DNA of 40,291 nt from Eledone cirrhosa (taxonomy: Eukaryota). Shown here one piece after another: positions 30,201-40,291 of the stretch (positions within the stretch are counted from its first letter, which is position 1; the number at the start of each line of letters is the position of its first letter). The DNA lies in contig CAXHJY010000982.1 in the NCBI GenBank assembly GCA_964016885.1, positions 1 through 40,291 on the forward strand, read 5' to 3'. The translations under genes and the position numbers were made by a program. Under the pieces are notes generated by a model. The model did no database searches. It worked only from the letters and a program-made list of their open reading frames with translations, and was not told where the DNA came from.

Positions 30201-33010
30201 GGTATAGAAGAGTTGAGGGCCCTTGAATCCCAGGCTATTGAAATACCTGCTCCTTATTCTAGATGTGGAAGACGGGACCTTTGGCACCACACAGTGACGT
30301 CGTGTTCGACGGTTGGTCCAGCTCCCAATGCCAAAGTTTGGTGCTAGTCTCCAGGATTTTCCACATGTAGATCACTGCGTATCTCTCCCGTCTTCGCTCC
30401 AAGGAGTAGAGGTTCAGTTCCTTCAGCCTTTCCCAGTACCTTGTCTCCCTCATCTTGGCAATCCTCTTGGTGTAGCTTCGCTGGATTGCCTCAAGCTCCG
30501 TGGTTAGTTTGACACTATGGGGTGACCACAACTGGGAGCAGTAGTCCAGGCGGCTTAGGACAAAAGTCCTCCACAGTGTCAACATGGTGTCTCGATCTCT
30601 TGTCCGGAAAGTCCTCAAGATCCAGCCAGCGAGTCGTCTGCACATTGTCGCCACTTTCATGATGTGTGAAGAAAAAGATGCATCATCGCTCATGTCTATG
30701 CCCAGGTCTCGTATCGATTTTGACACGGGGATATCGGTCTTTCCTGGTCCTGTGTAGCTGTGTTTGCAGGTTTGTATTGTAGGGCTTGGAATTTGCCAGC
30801 ATTAAACTGCATGTTGTTTTCTTCCGCCCATCTGTATATGGCATCCAGATCCTGCTGTAAAAGGGCAGCGTCAACCGGGTTTTCGATTGCCTAGGCTACC
30901 TTAGTGTCATCAGCATAGCTAGTGAGGGATGTTGTTGTATGTACTACAGAGGGCATGTCTGAGAGAGCCACCAAAAACAGTAGTGGTCCCAGGACTGTCC
31001 CCTGGGGCACCCCACTTGTTATTGGTGTTTCCTTTGAGAGGGCCCCATTTGCTGCGACTGCCTGGCTACTGTCCCTTAGGAAGCCATGCAGCCACTCACC
31101 TACTTTTCCACTTATGCCGAGTCCGTGTAGTTTGTGACATATCATTCCGTGGTCGACCTTGTCAAAGGCCTTCGCAAAGTCAAGATATATCACGTCCACA
31201 TGTGAGCTGTCTAGTAGTTGTCTCAGTACCCAGTCGTAGTGATGTAGCAGCTGTGTAAAGCAGCTTCTTCCTGGGTGGAAGCCATGTTGCGTGCTAGTCA
31301 GGCGGTCATTTTCCTCAAGGAAAGTGATCAGTTTCTTTCTGACGACTCGCTCCATGACCTTACTGATATGCGACGTCAGGGAGACTGGCCTATAGTTTTT
31401 GGCCTCCGCTCTGCTACCTCCTTTATGGATAGGGCATATTGTGCCTCCTTTCAGCTCCCTGGGTAGTACACCGCAAGCCAATGAGCTTCTGAAGAGCATC
31501 TTCAGTGGAGTTGCTAAGGCCCGCTTACATATTTTTAAGAGAACTGCTGGGAATCCACCAGGTCCAGCAGCCGAGTCTGTTCTAATTTCATCAATGGCGT
31601 ACACCACATCATCCTCCGTTATGTCTATGTGGTTGACGGTTGCCATTTCTTCATGTAGTGTTGTGGCATCAAAGAACTCCTCTGGCTTCGTAATTTGCAT
31701 GTGCCTCAGTGGACATGTGAACACACTTTTGTACTGTTCGTTCAGTATTTCACATATCTCTTGGGGGTTTTCGGTTAATGAACCGTCCGTATGGAAGAGT
31801 GGCCCAATCTTGCAGTGTACTGAGGCAGTCTCCTTTGCAAATCCAAAGAAGGCCTTAAGGTTTGTTTTAATGTTTTCTATGACCCTGTTCTCTTTCTTTG
31901 CCCTCTCATTCTCATGGGAAAGTTTGAGTGCAATCTCGGTGTCAAGTAGTGCACGTTTCAAATAGGATTCCTTCTTGTTTTTGTTTTGTTGACTATTCAA
32001 CTGGTTTGAGAGTTTAGTTCTACGTCTCATAAGGATTTTCCTATCTCTGGGAATAAAATTTTTCTGTCTGTTTGCCTCTTTCTCCGGGACAAACTTTTTG
32101 CATGTAGTGTGTATCGTTGTCATGAAGTGTTGAAATTGTGTGTTAGTGTCTTGTGTGGCGGTGTTTTCACTCCATGTTTGCTTCCGGATTTCTCTCTTAA
32201 TCTTTTTCCAATTAGCCTTGTAGAAGTTAAGGCTGGATAGCGTCCCGGAGCTTCTTGGTGGTTTTGTCTCTGTTGGTTCTCTTGGACCACATATCATTAG
32301 CTCTACTAAGTTATGATCCGAGAGAATTGTTGGTGTCATCTTTACATTGTGGATGAGCACTTCGTTGTTTGTAAAACAGAGGTCCAGGACATTTTCGCTT
32401 CTTGTTGGGAGGAGTATTGCTTGCTCCATGAACAGCCTGTGTGTGAGGGCCAGCAGGGATTCCGTCTGTCTCTGTTCTATTGACGTCATTCCAGGGAGGA
32501 GGTGGCCCTCAGGCCATTTGACCTTTGGTAGGTTGAAGTCTCCCAGCAGTAGGATGTTGAGACCCTGGTCCAGTTTGTCAAGGACCTCTTCTATCCTACT
32601 TAGGCTATCCTCAAATTTACCCTGATGACTGGGGGCATCGGGCAGCCGATATGTGACACATATTACTGTCTCTAGTTGCTTCATATGTATTATCAGTGTG
32701 TCACAGACTGAGTTTGAATGTGTCAACAGTACAATTGGTGTGACATCTTCACGGATATACAGAGCAACCCCACCATGAGTTCTCTCCTTCCTGTCCGAAC
32801 GAAATACAGTATATTTCGGTATATGTATTTCTGCATCTGCTATACTGCTTGTCAGATGCGTTTCGGTTAGTGCCATGCATAGTGCTTGATTGCTTATGGC
32901 TAAGTCTCCCAGGTAGGAAATTTTACTCATGTTACTGAGTTTCACCAGGCCTCTCACATTCAGCAGCAGCACTGGTGTGACTTTTGGGGTGCCAGTAATG
33001 GCTGTCGGTA
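30197..33010 (-). pseudogene. CR1-group LINE ORF2 (APE endonuclease + RT), disrupted, truncated at both ends
   Basis: APE motifs LNVRGL, LTETHL, GDFN and SDH. RT motifs [39 protein letters not shown] and YADDTK. Premature TAG at 30891, further frameshifts, then RDLG and LDYCSQLWSP. Ends at FKGPQLF fused to PLE3. Confidence 0.95.
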
Positions 33011-33096
<86 letters not shown>

Positions 33097-33118
33097 CATA
33101 TATGTATATTTATATATG

Positions 33119-33162
<44 letters not shown>
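33011..33162. repeat. (TA)n microsatellite, C-type then mixed
   Basis: Direct reading. Confidence 0.95.
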
Positions 33163-33163
<1 letters not shown>

Positions 33164-34023
33164 GTAGTAACTATGGCGACAGTGTGTTGACTATAGCAAC
33201 GCAGTGTCGCCACCTGTGGGTAACACAAAAAAATAGCGAATTACTTCCCTTATCTCGGCGTTCTCTAAAAGAAGAGACGCCGATGTAAAACTCAAGAGAT
33301 ATAATTTTTCATTCCAGTCGCCTTTGTCCTGTCACGTGGACGTACTTTGTGAGAACGCCTGTTTTTGACCAAGAGATTTTCATATCTCTTCTTGTAATGT
33401 AAGAATTAAGCCATTGCATTTTGTAACCTTACTGCCTATGGCATTTTCAATGCCTATCGTTTTTTTTTATTGCATTTGGGACCCTTACTTTGAATGGTAT
33501 TTTTAATGCATTTTGCATTTATTGCTGCATGTGTTTAATTATTGCATTTGTTGTATATTTTGTGTGTAATGCTTGCATGCATTAACCTATTTCACCTCTA
33601 TATTGTTCGTTTTGAAACCGGTTTCAACAACTTGTAAAGAGTACCTTTGAAGGCTTTGGCTTCATTGTTATATACTACAGGAATTTTTCTTGCACCAATT
33701 TACAACTTCTGGTTCCTCCATGCTATAGTTTGTTTTACGATTTTCTTTAAAAATCTGGTCGGAGGTGATTGTAGTAACTATGGCGACAGTGTGTTGACTA
33801 TAGCAACGCAGTGTCGCCACCTGTGGGTAACACAAAAAAATAGCAAATTACTTCCCTTATCTCGGCGTTCTCTAAAAGAAGAGATGCCAATGTAAAACTC
33901 AGGAGATTTGGTTTTTCATTCCAGTCGCCTTTGTCCTGCCACGTGGACATACTTTGGGAAAACGCCTGTTTTTGACCAAGAGATTTTCATATCTCTTCTT
34001 GTGATGTAAGAATTAAGCCATTG
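33163..34023 (+). mobile_element. LTR-like 254-bp direct repeats (33163-33416, 33770-34023) flanking a non-coding spacer
   Basis: Both copies start TGTAGT. The second is preceded by purine-rich GGTCGGAGGTGAT and followed by AATAAA near 34092. No PBS or ORF recognised. Confidence 0.55.
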
Positions 34024-34222
34024 TCGTTTAGCTTGCAGGGTATGTCCTGTGAATGTAATTATTATGTTGTGTTTTATTAAATATATCATTTAATAAAAAG
34101 ATTAGCCTTGTTATCGTTAAAGCCCTTCTGTTTTAATTAATAATCTTAGAGAGATGAGAAGTCATTCACACACCTGGACGATATATTATTTTTCTTTATA
34201 TATATATATATATACACATATA

Positions 34223-34552
34223 TCTGAAGACGGCGTATATATGTGTTGGTATGTATATTTAATCTTGATAGTTTGTATAATTTTGTATAATTTTGTACAT
34301 AGATCTGTTGAATATGCATGCCAATTCTAACACATATATATCCTAGAAACGATCGTTAAATAATGAACTTTTTTTGTTTAATATAAGGAATTGTTTATTC
34401 ATTATTTGTTTAATATTTTATCTTGACTCTGTATACCGTTTATCTTTCACCGAAAGTGATTTTTCATTACATCTCTTCTTTCCATGATATCCGGAATACA
34501 TTGAGTTCTTCATACGGATTGGACACTACCGTAAACTCTTGGTAGATTTATC

Positions 34553-34555
<3 letters not shown>
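34223..34555 (+). mobile_element. Family A element, solo diverged copy
   Basis: Homologous to the reverse complement of 739-1080. Starts at TCTGAAGA, has GAAAC-GATC-GTT at 34346-34357, and ends GTAGATTTATCTAC into C-type (TA)n. Confidence 0.8.
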
Positions 34556-34640
<85 letters not shown>

Positions 34641-34667
34641 TACATATATATATATATACATATATAC

Positions 34668-34730
<63 letters not shown>

Positions 34731-34745
34731 CATATATATATATAC

Positions 34746-34798
<53 letters not shown>

Positions 34799-34799
34799 C

Positions 34800-34854
<55 letters not shown>

Positions 34855-34863
34855 CATATATAT

Positions 34864-34957
<94 letters not shown>

Positions 34958-34959
34958 GT

Positions 34960-34993
<34 letters not shown>

Positions 34994-35083
34994 ATATATA
35001 TACATATACATATACATATATATACATATATTTATATATATACATATATATATATACATATATATATACATATATATATATAC

Positions 35084-35143
<60 letters not shown>

Positions 35144-35152
35144 GTATGTATG

Positions 35153-35205
<53 letters not shown>

Positions 35206-35236
35206 GTATATATATATATGTATATATATATATGTG

Positions 35237-35303
<67 letters not shown>

Positions 35304-35352
35304 GTATATATATATATGTGTATATATATATATATGTATATATATATATGTG

Positions 35353-35401
<49 letters not shown>

Positions 35402-35402
35402 G

Positions 35403-35501
<99 letters not shown>

Positions 35502-35522
35502 GTATATATATATGTATATATG

Positions 35523-35569
<47 letters not shown>

Positions 35570-35620
35570 GTATATATATATGTATATATGTATGTATGTA
35601 TATATATATATATGTGTATG

Positions 35621-35681
<61 letters not shown>

Positions 35682-35684
35682 GTG

Positions 35685-35717
<33 letters not shown>

Positions 35718-35724
35718 GTGTATA

Positions 35725-35789
<65 letters not shown>

Positions 35790-35797
35790 GTATATAT

Positions 35798-35839
<42 letters not shown>

Positions 35840-35964
35840 GTGTATGTATATATATATATATATGTATATATATATGTATATATGTATGTATGTATATATA
35901 TATATGTATGTATATATATATATGTATGTATATATATATATGTATATATATATATATGTGTATG

Positions 35965-35997
<33 letters not shown>

Positions 35998-36020
35998 GTA
36001 TATATATATGTATGTATATA

Positions 36021-36106
<86 letters not shown>

Positions 36107-36170
36107 CATGTATGTATATGTATATATAAATATATGTATATATATATATGTATATATATGTATATATATA
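34556..36170. repeat. Bipolar (TA)n tract: C-type to ~35140, G-type from ~35143
   Basis: TACATA interruptions on the left and TATGTA on the right. Confidence 0.97.
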
Positions 36171-36261
36171 CTGGACTGTAATACGATCGGCTTCAACTAT
36201 ACAAACTCTTGAAAGTCAACAGTTGACATAATCTTGTAATCTTGTATCAGTAATGACGGTA

Positions 36262-36292
<31 letters not shown>

Positions 36293-36432
36293 CGTGTAAG
36301 TGAGTAGAGTAGCGTGTGTGTGTGTGTTTGTTGTATGTATGAGTGTTGCTGTGTGCGCGCATATGTATGCGTGTGTGTGTATGTCGTACGTATGTGTCAA
36401 TAAGTGATTTTTTTTTTTTTTTTTTTTTTTTT
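36262..36432. repeat. (TA)n, degenerate (TG)n and T25
   Basis: Direct reading. Confidence 0.9.
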
Positions 36433-36739
36433 GCGCAGGGACATAGAAATAATCGGGCTGGATGCCCGATCGCGCAGTTAAACCACTGGGAGTGAAGAAC
36501 CCCTAGCCCTTGTCAGGGTATTCTTCTAGGAGAAGGCATCTCAGGAAACTGGGTTAACTCCGATATAAAACCTGCGGTTCAGTAGTTACCGATGATGTTG
36601 ATCTTTTCTTCTTTTCGGGTTATAGCTACTGTCGCTCAGAGAGTGGGATTGGTTCAGTGCACAGTCTTTCCTCACTTTAAAAATATTCGTCACGCACAGG
36701 CATTGCACGAGTGCATTAATAATTATTAATAGTGTACTA

Positions 36740-36770
<31 letters not shown>

Positions 36771-39700
36771 TATTATTACTTTTTTTTTTTTTTTTTTTCC
36801 AATTCAATGATGTTCCAGAACAATGTAAATGAGATAATTGCCAATTTGGGTTCTGGAACAAAAAGGATCATTGGCAATAAGGGCAGGGGCCCCAAGTTAT
36901 CACAACCTGGGCCCGCCCGTCATCGTGCCATTGTAATAGAGCCAAACAGGGCATTTAGTCTTGGCTGCTGGAACGTACGGACGCTGCTTGACAGGGATTC
37001 TTTGGAGCGTCCTGAACGAAGGACCGCTCTTGTTGCAAAGGAGCTTCGACGTTACGATCTTGACATCGTGGCTTTATCTGAGACGAGGTTAGCTGGAGAT
37101 GGTCATCTTACGGAATTTTGTGGAGAATATACATTCTTCTGGAAAGGAAGAGATGAAGGAACCAGAAGAGAGGCTGGGGTAGGATTTGCTGTTAAGACTG
37201 TACTGGTGAATAAATTAGAAGAATTCCCAGTAGGGATTAGTGAGCGTCTTATGTCCATGAGAGTTCCGCTGGACAAGGGAAGATATGCTACCCTGGTGAG
37301 TGTGTATGCTCCAACTATGAATTCTGTCGATGAAGAAAAACTGTCCTTTTACCATGCCTTGAAAGGTGTTCTAAGAAATATCCCTCAAGCAGACAAAGTC
37401 ATCGTGCTTGGTGACTTTAATGCTAGAGTGGGTAGGGATTTTAACACATGGAATGTAATCGGAAGGCATGGTGTGGGAAAGTGTAACAGCAATGGTATGC
37501 TCTTGCTGCAGATGTGTGAGGAGCTGGATCTGTGTGTTACCAACATCATGTTCCAACAAAAGAACAAATTCAAGACCACATGGATGCATCCTGCATCTAA
37601 GGAATGGCATCTTTTGGACTACGTCCTAGTCAGGATGCGTGACAGACAGGATGTGCAGTGTGTTCGTGTTCTTCGTGGAGCTGAGTGCTGGACGGACCAC
37701 CGCCTGGTACGCGCAAAAGTGAATCTAATCACCAAACGTAAAATCCGGGCTCCTGGTGTTACCCTGCCCAAAAGATTGAATGCTGCTCGTCTTAAGGATA
37801 AGAATGTGAAGAAGACATTGGAAGAAGAGATGCAGGCTGCAGATCTTGGTGAGGATTGGCCGACCCTTAAAAAGTCGGTTTATGATGTAGGCAGACGTGT
37901 TCTGGGATTGGTGCAGAGAAAACATCAGGACTGGTTTAATGAGAATGATGTGCATATAGAGGACTTGTTGGCTGATAAGAGGCGTGCTCTGTCACGCTAC
38001 TTGACGGCAAAACCACAGGAGAGGAATACGTTGCATGAGGAGCTCAGGGATGTAAAATCACGTGTTAGGCGGAGTCTTTCTCAGATGAAGGATCAGTGGT
38101 GGAGTGAGAAGGCTGGTGAGATACAAACTGCGTCTGATTGCAATAACACAAAGCTGTTGTACAGTCTCTTGCGTGAGGTTTATGGACCGTCTTCTTCTCT
38201 GGTGACACCGATTCGCAGCAAGGATGGCAAAGAACTTCTTCGTGACTCACAGGGAATTCTACGAAGGTGGCGAGAGCACTTTGATGATCTTTTGAATCAG
38301 CCGTCTGTCGTCAGTGAAGATTTCCTCAATCTCATTCCGGAAAGTCCTGTGAAAGTAGCTCTCGCAGAACCTCCGACACTTGTGGAGGTTGCAGTGGCTA
38401 TTTCGAAGCTGAACAGTGGAAGATCTCCAGGTATGGATGGCATACATGCTGAGCTCCTACAATATGGTGGTGAGAGACTCCTGCAACATCTTCACTCTCT
38501 GTTTGGAGGGATATGGGCTAATGAATCCGTGCCTGAGGACTGGAGAGATGCAGTAATGGTGGTCTTGTACAAGGGAAAGGGTAACAGGAATGATTGTGGA
38601 AACTACAGAGGTATATCATTGCTTTCTGTCGTGGGGAAAGTTTTATGTAGGGTGCTTCTGGACCGTCTGCTGACACACATTGCAGATTGTGTCCTTACTG
38701 AAAGTCAATCTGGTTTTCGTGCTGGACGCGGCACTACTGATATGATCTTCTCAGCTAGACAGCTCCAGGAGAAGTGCATTGAACAGGGCTTGGATCTGTA
38801 TCAGGTTTTTGTCGATCTGACAAAGGCTTTCGATACTGTTAACAGAGATGCATTATGGAAGGTTCTCCAGAAACTTGGTTGCCCTGATAAGTTCCTTGCT
38901 TTAGTTAGGTCTTTCCATGACGACATGAGGGCTTGGGTTAATGTCGGAGGTAACATGTCGGAGCCTATCTCAGTAAAAAATGGAGTGAAACAGGGGGATA
39001 TTCCAGCACAGACCCTGTTTGCCATATACTTTGCAATGGTTTTCTGTATTGCATTCAGGAATTGCGAGCATGGTGTTTACATCCGATATCGAACCTCAGG
39101 CAGCATATTTAACATCAGGCGCTTTGCTGCGAAGACAAAAGTATTTACATCAGTCATAAGAGACCTCTTGTATGCAGATGATTGCGATCTTGTAGGGCAC
39201 ACAGAGAGTGATATGCAGCACATTTTGAATGTATTTTCTGACGCTTGCACTGCCCTGGGTTTGACTGTCAGTCTCAAGAAAACCGTCGTCATGTACCAAC
39301 CTGCCCCTGGTAAGCAGTACACTGAACCAAACATCTATGTGTATGGCAAACGACTTGGAGTGGTTGATCAGTTTGTCTACCTGGGAAGCACTGTCAATAG
39401 ATACGGCAACCTTGACAGTGAAATCTCACTTAGGATTAGGAAAGCAAGTGATGCTTTCGGAAAGCTAGAAAGGCGACTCTGGGGTCGGCGAGACATATGC
39501 AGGAGGACAAAGGTAAAGGTGTACAGGGCATGTGTACTCTCTTGTCTTCTTTATGCCTGCGAGACCTGGGTCACATATCGACGCCACCTTAAGCAATTGG
39601 AGCGTTTCCATCAGATGTGTCTCAGGCGGATCCATGGCGTTCACTGGAGGGACCACATCAGTGATGTCGAGATTTTGGAAAGCTCTATGTGTGACAGTAT

Positions 39701-40291
39701 AGAAGCTCTTGTGCTTAAGCAGCGACTCCGTTGGAGTGGTCACCTTGCCAGGATGAAGGATTCTAGAATACCAAAACAACTCTTCTATGGAGAGTTGGTT
39801 AAAGGAAAACGACCGCCACATAAACCAAAAAAGAGGTATAAGGATTCCTTGAAAGCCTCTCTGAAAGACGCTAACATCTCTGCTGATACATGGGAAAATA
39901 TTGCTGCTGATCGTAATAAATGGAGAAAGACTGTATATGAGGGAAAAGTTGCCTTTGAGGCATCTCGAATCGCACACGAGAAAGTAAAGCGGGACGTGAG
40001 GAAGGGCATTGCTGTTGCACTTCCAGACGGCGAGGGTCCTCCTATGGTTCTGACATGCAGCGTCTGTGCGAGACTCTGCCTAAGCAAAGCTGGACTCGAA
40101 AGTCATCTTCGCAGTCATAAAGTAAGACCAGTGGTTGACCACCAGGCTGCTGTTGGAGATGCTACTCATCATGCTTGCCAAACATGTGGTAGAGAATGTA
40201 AATCAGCAGGAGGACTCAAGCGACATGCAAAAGTACACGAACTCCAACCACAGCCGACTATTCCCAGTAAATGTTTTGGTTGCCGACTCTG
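36433..40291 (+). mobile_element. RTE-clade LINE, possibly full-length at the 5' end, continuing past the window
   Basis: Structured GC-richer leader from ~36433, then a single long APE-RT ORF. The 5' boundary is uncertain. Confidence 0.88.
36807..40291 (+). CDS. RTE LINE ORF: APE endonuclease + reverse transcriptase + C2H2 zinc fingers (3' partial)
   Basis: My translation from ATG 36807 gives GCWNVRTLLD, ALSETRL, VYAPT, GDFNARVG, TDH, NYRGISLL, FVDLTKAFD, YADD (39171), YLGS and RLRWSGH, with fingers at 40056, 40176 and 40281. The positions I checked share one frame. The track lists no plus-strand ORF here, consistent with no stop before the edge. Confidence 0.93.
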   Translation, partial: MMFQNNVNEIIANLGSGTKRIIGNKGRGPKLSQPGPARHRAIVIEPNRAFSLGCWNVRTLLDRDSLERPERRTALVAKELRRYDLDIVALSETRLAGDGHLTEFCGEYTFFWKGRDEGTRREAGVGFAVKTVLVNKLEEFPVGISERLMSMRVPLDKGRYATLVSVYAPTMNSVDEEKLSFYHALKGVLRNIPQADKVIVLGDFNARVGRDFNTWNVIGRHGVGKCNSNGMLLLQMCEELDLCVTNIMFQQKNKFKTTWMHPASKEWHLLDYVLVRMRDRQDVQCVRVLRGAECWTDHRLVRAKVNLITKRKIRAPGVTLPKRLNAARLKDKNVKKTLEEEMQAADLGEDWPTLKKSVYDVGRRVLGLVQRKHQDWFNENDVHIEDLLADKRRALSRYLTAKPQERNTLHEELRDVKSRVRRSLSQMKDQWWSEKAGEIQTASDCNNTKLLYSLLREVYGPSSSLVTPIRSKDGKELLRDSQGILRRWREHFDDLLNQPSVVSEDFLNLIPESPVKVALAEPPTLVEVAVAISKLNSGRSPGMDGIHAELLQYGGERLLQHLHSLFGGIWANESVPEDWRDAVMVVLYKGKGNRNDCGNYRGISLLSVVGKVLCRVLLDRLLTHIADCVLTESQSGFRAGRGTTDMIFSARQLQEKCIEQGLDLYQVFVDLTKAFDTVNRDALWKVLQKLGCPDKFLALVRSFHDDMRAWVNVGGNMSEPISVKNGVKQGDIPAQTLFAIYFAMVFCIAFRNCEHGVYIRYRTSGSIFNIRRFAAKTKVFTSVIRDLLYADDCDLVGHTESDMQHILNVFSDACTALGLTVSLKKTVVMYQPAPGKQYTEPNIYVYGKRLGVVDQFVYLGSTVNRYGNLDSEISLRIRKASDAFGKLERRLWGRRDICRRTKVKVYRACVLSCLLYACETWVTYRRHLKQLERFHQMCLRRIHGVHWRDHISDVEILESSMCDSIEALVLKQRLRWSGHLARMKDSRIPKQLFYGELVKGKRPPHKPKKRYKDSLKASLKDANISADTWENIAADRNKWRKTVYEGKVAFEASRIAHEKVKRDVRKGIAVALPDGEGPPMVLTCSVCARLCLSKAGLESHLRSHKVRPVVDHQAAVGDATHHACQTCGRECKSAGGLKRHAKVHELQPQPTIPSKCFGCRL

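Noticed and set aside
36433-36590. HDV-like ribozyme at the RTE 5' end
   Set aside because: Hairpins are present (ATCGGGC/GCCCGAT, TTCTTCT/AGAAGG), but I could not assign the nested double-pseudoknot topology by eye. It needs a descriptor search.
37371-40087. Short minus-strand ORFs
   Set aside because: Antisense shadows of the RTE ORF.

Overview
Eukaryotic (animal) repeat-dense DNA with no host gene. The style resembles cephalopod genomes, which is an impression only. About 45% is degenerate (TA)n microsatellite, and all the YI-repeat ORFs in the track are artefacts of it. The tracts are interrupted by retroelements. (1) Two 5'-truncated Penelope-like elements (PLEs; RT + C-terminal GIY-YIG), each with an inverted copy of its own 3' end (1.3 kb and 2.0 kb arms). 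(2) A solo pseudo-LTR and a fragment of a related PLE family. (3) A ~330-bp non-coding hammerhead-containing element, present twice as a ~200-bp-arm palindrome with a flipped 7-nt spacer and once as a solo copy. (4) Two RTE-type LINE 3' pieces, one with a PHD finger inside the RT. (5) Two CR1-group LINE pieces. (6) An LTR-like direct repeat. (7) An apparently intact RTE LINE ORF (APE-RT-C2H2) that runs off the right edge and is missing from the ORF track. Most notable: several hammerhead ribozyme motifs, including one with a ~115-nt stem II; flip/flop palindromes; a PLE start codon conserved at pseudo-LTR ends; and a consistent coupling between microsatellite strand polarity (G vs C interruptions) and element orientation.
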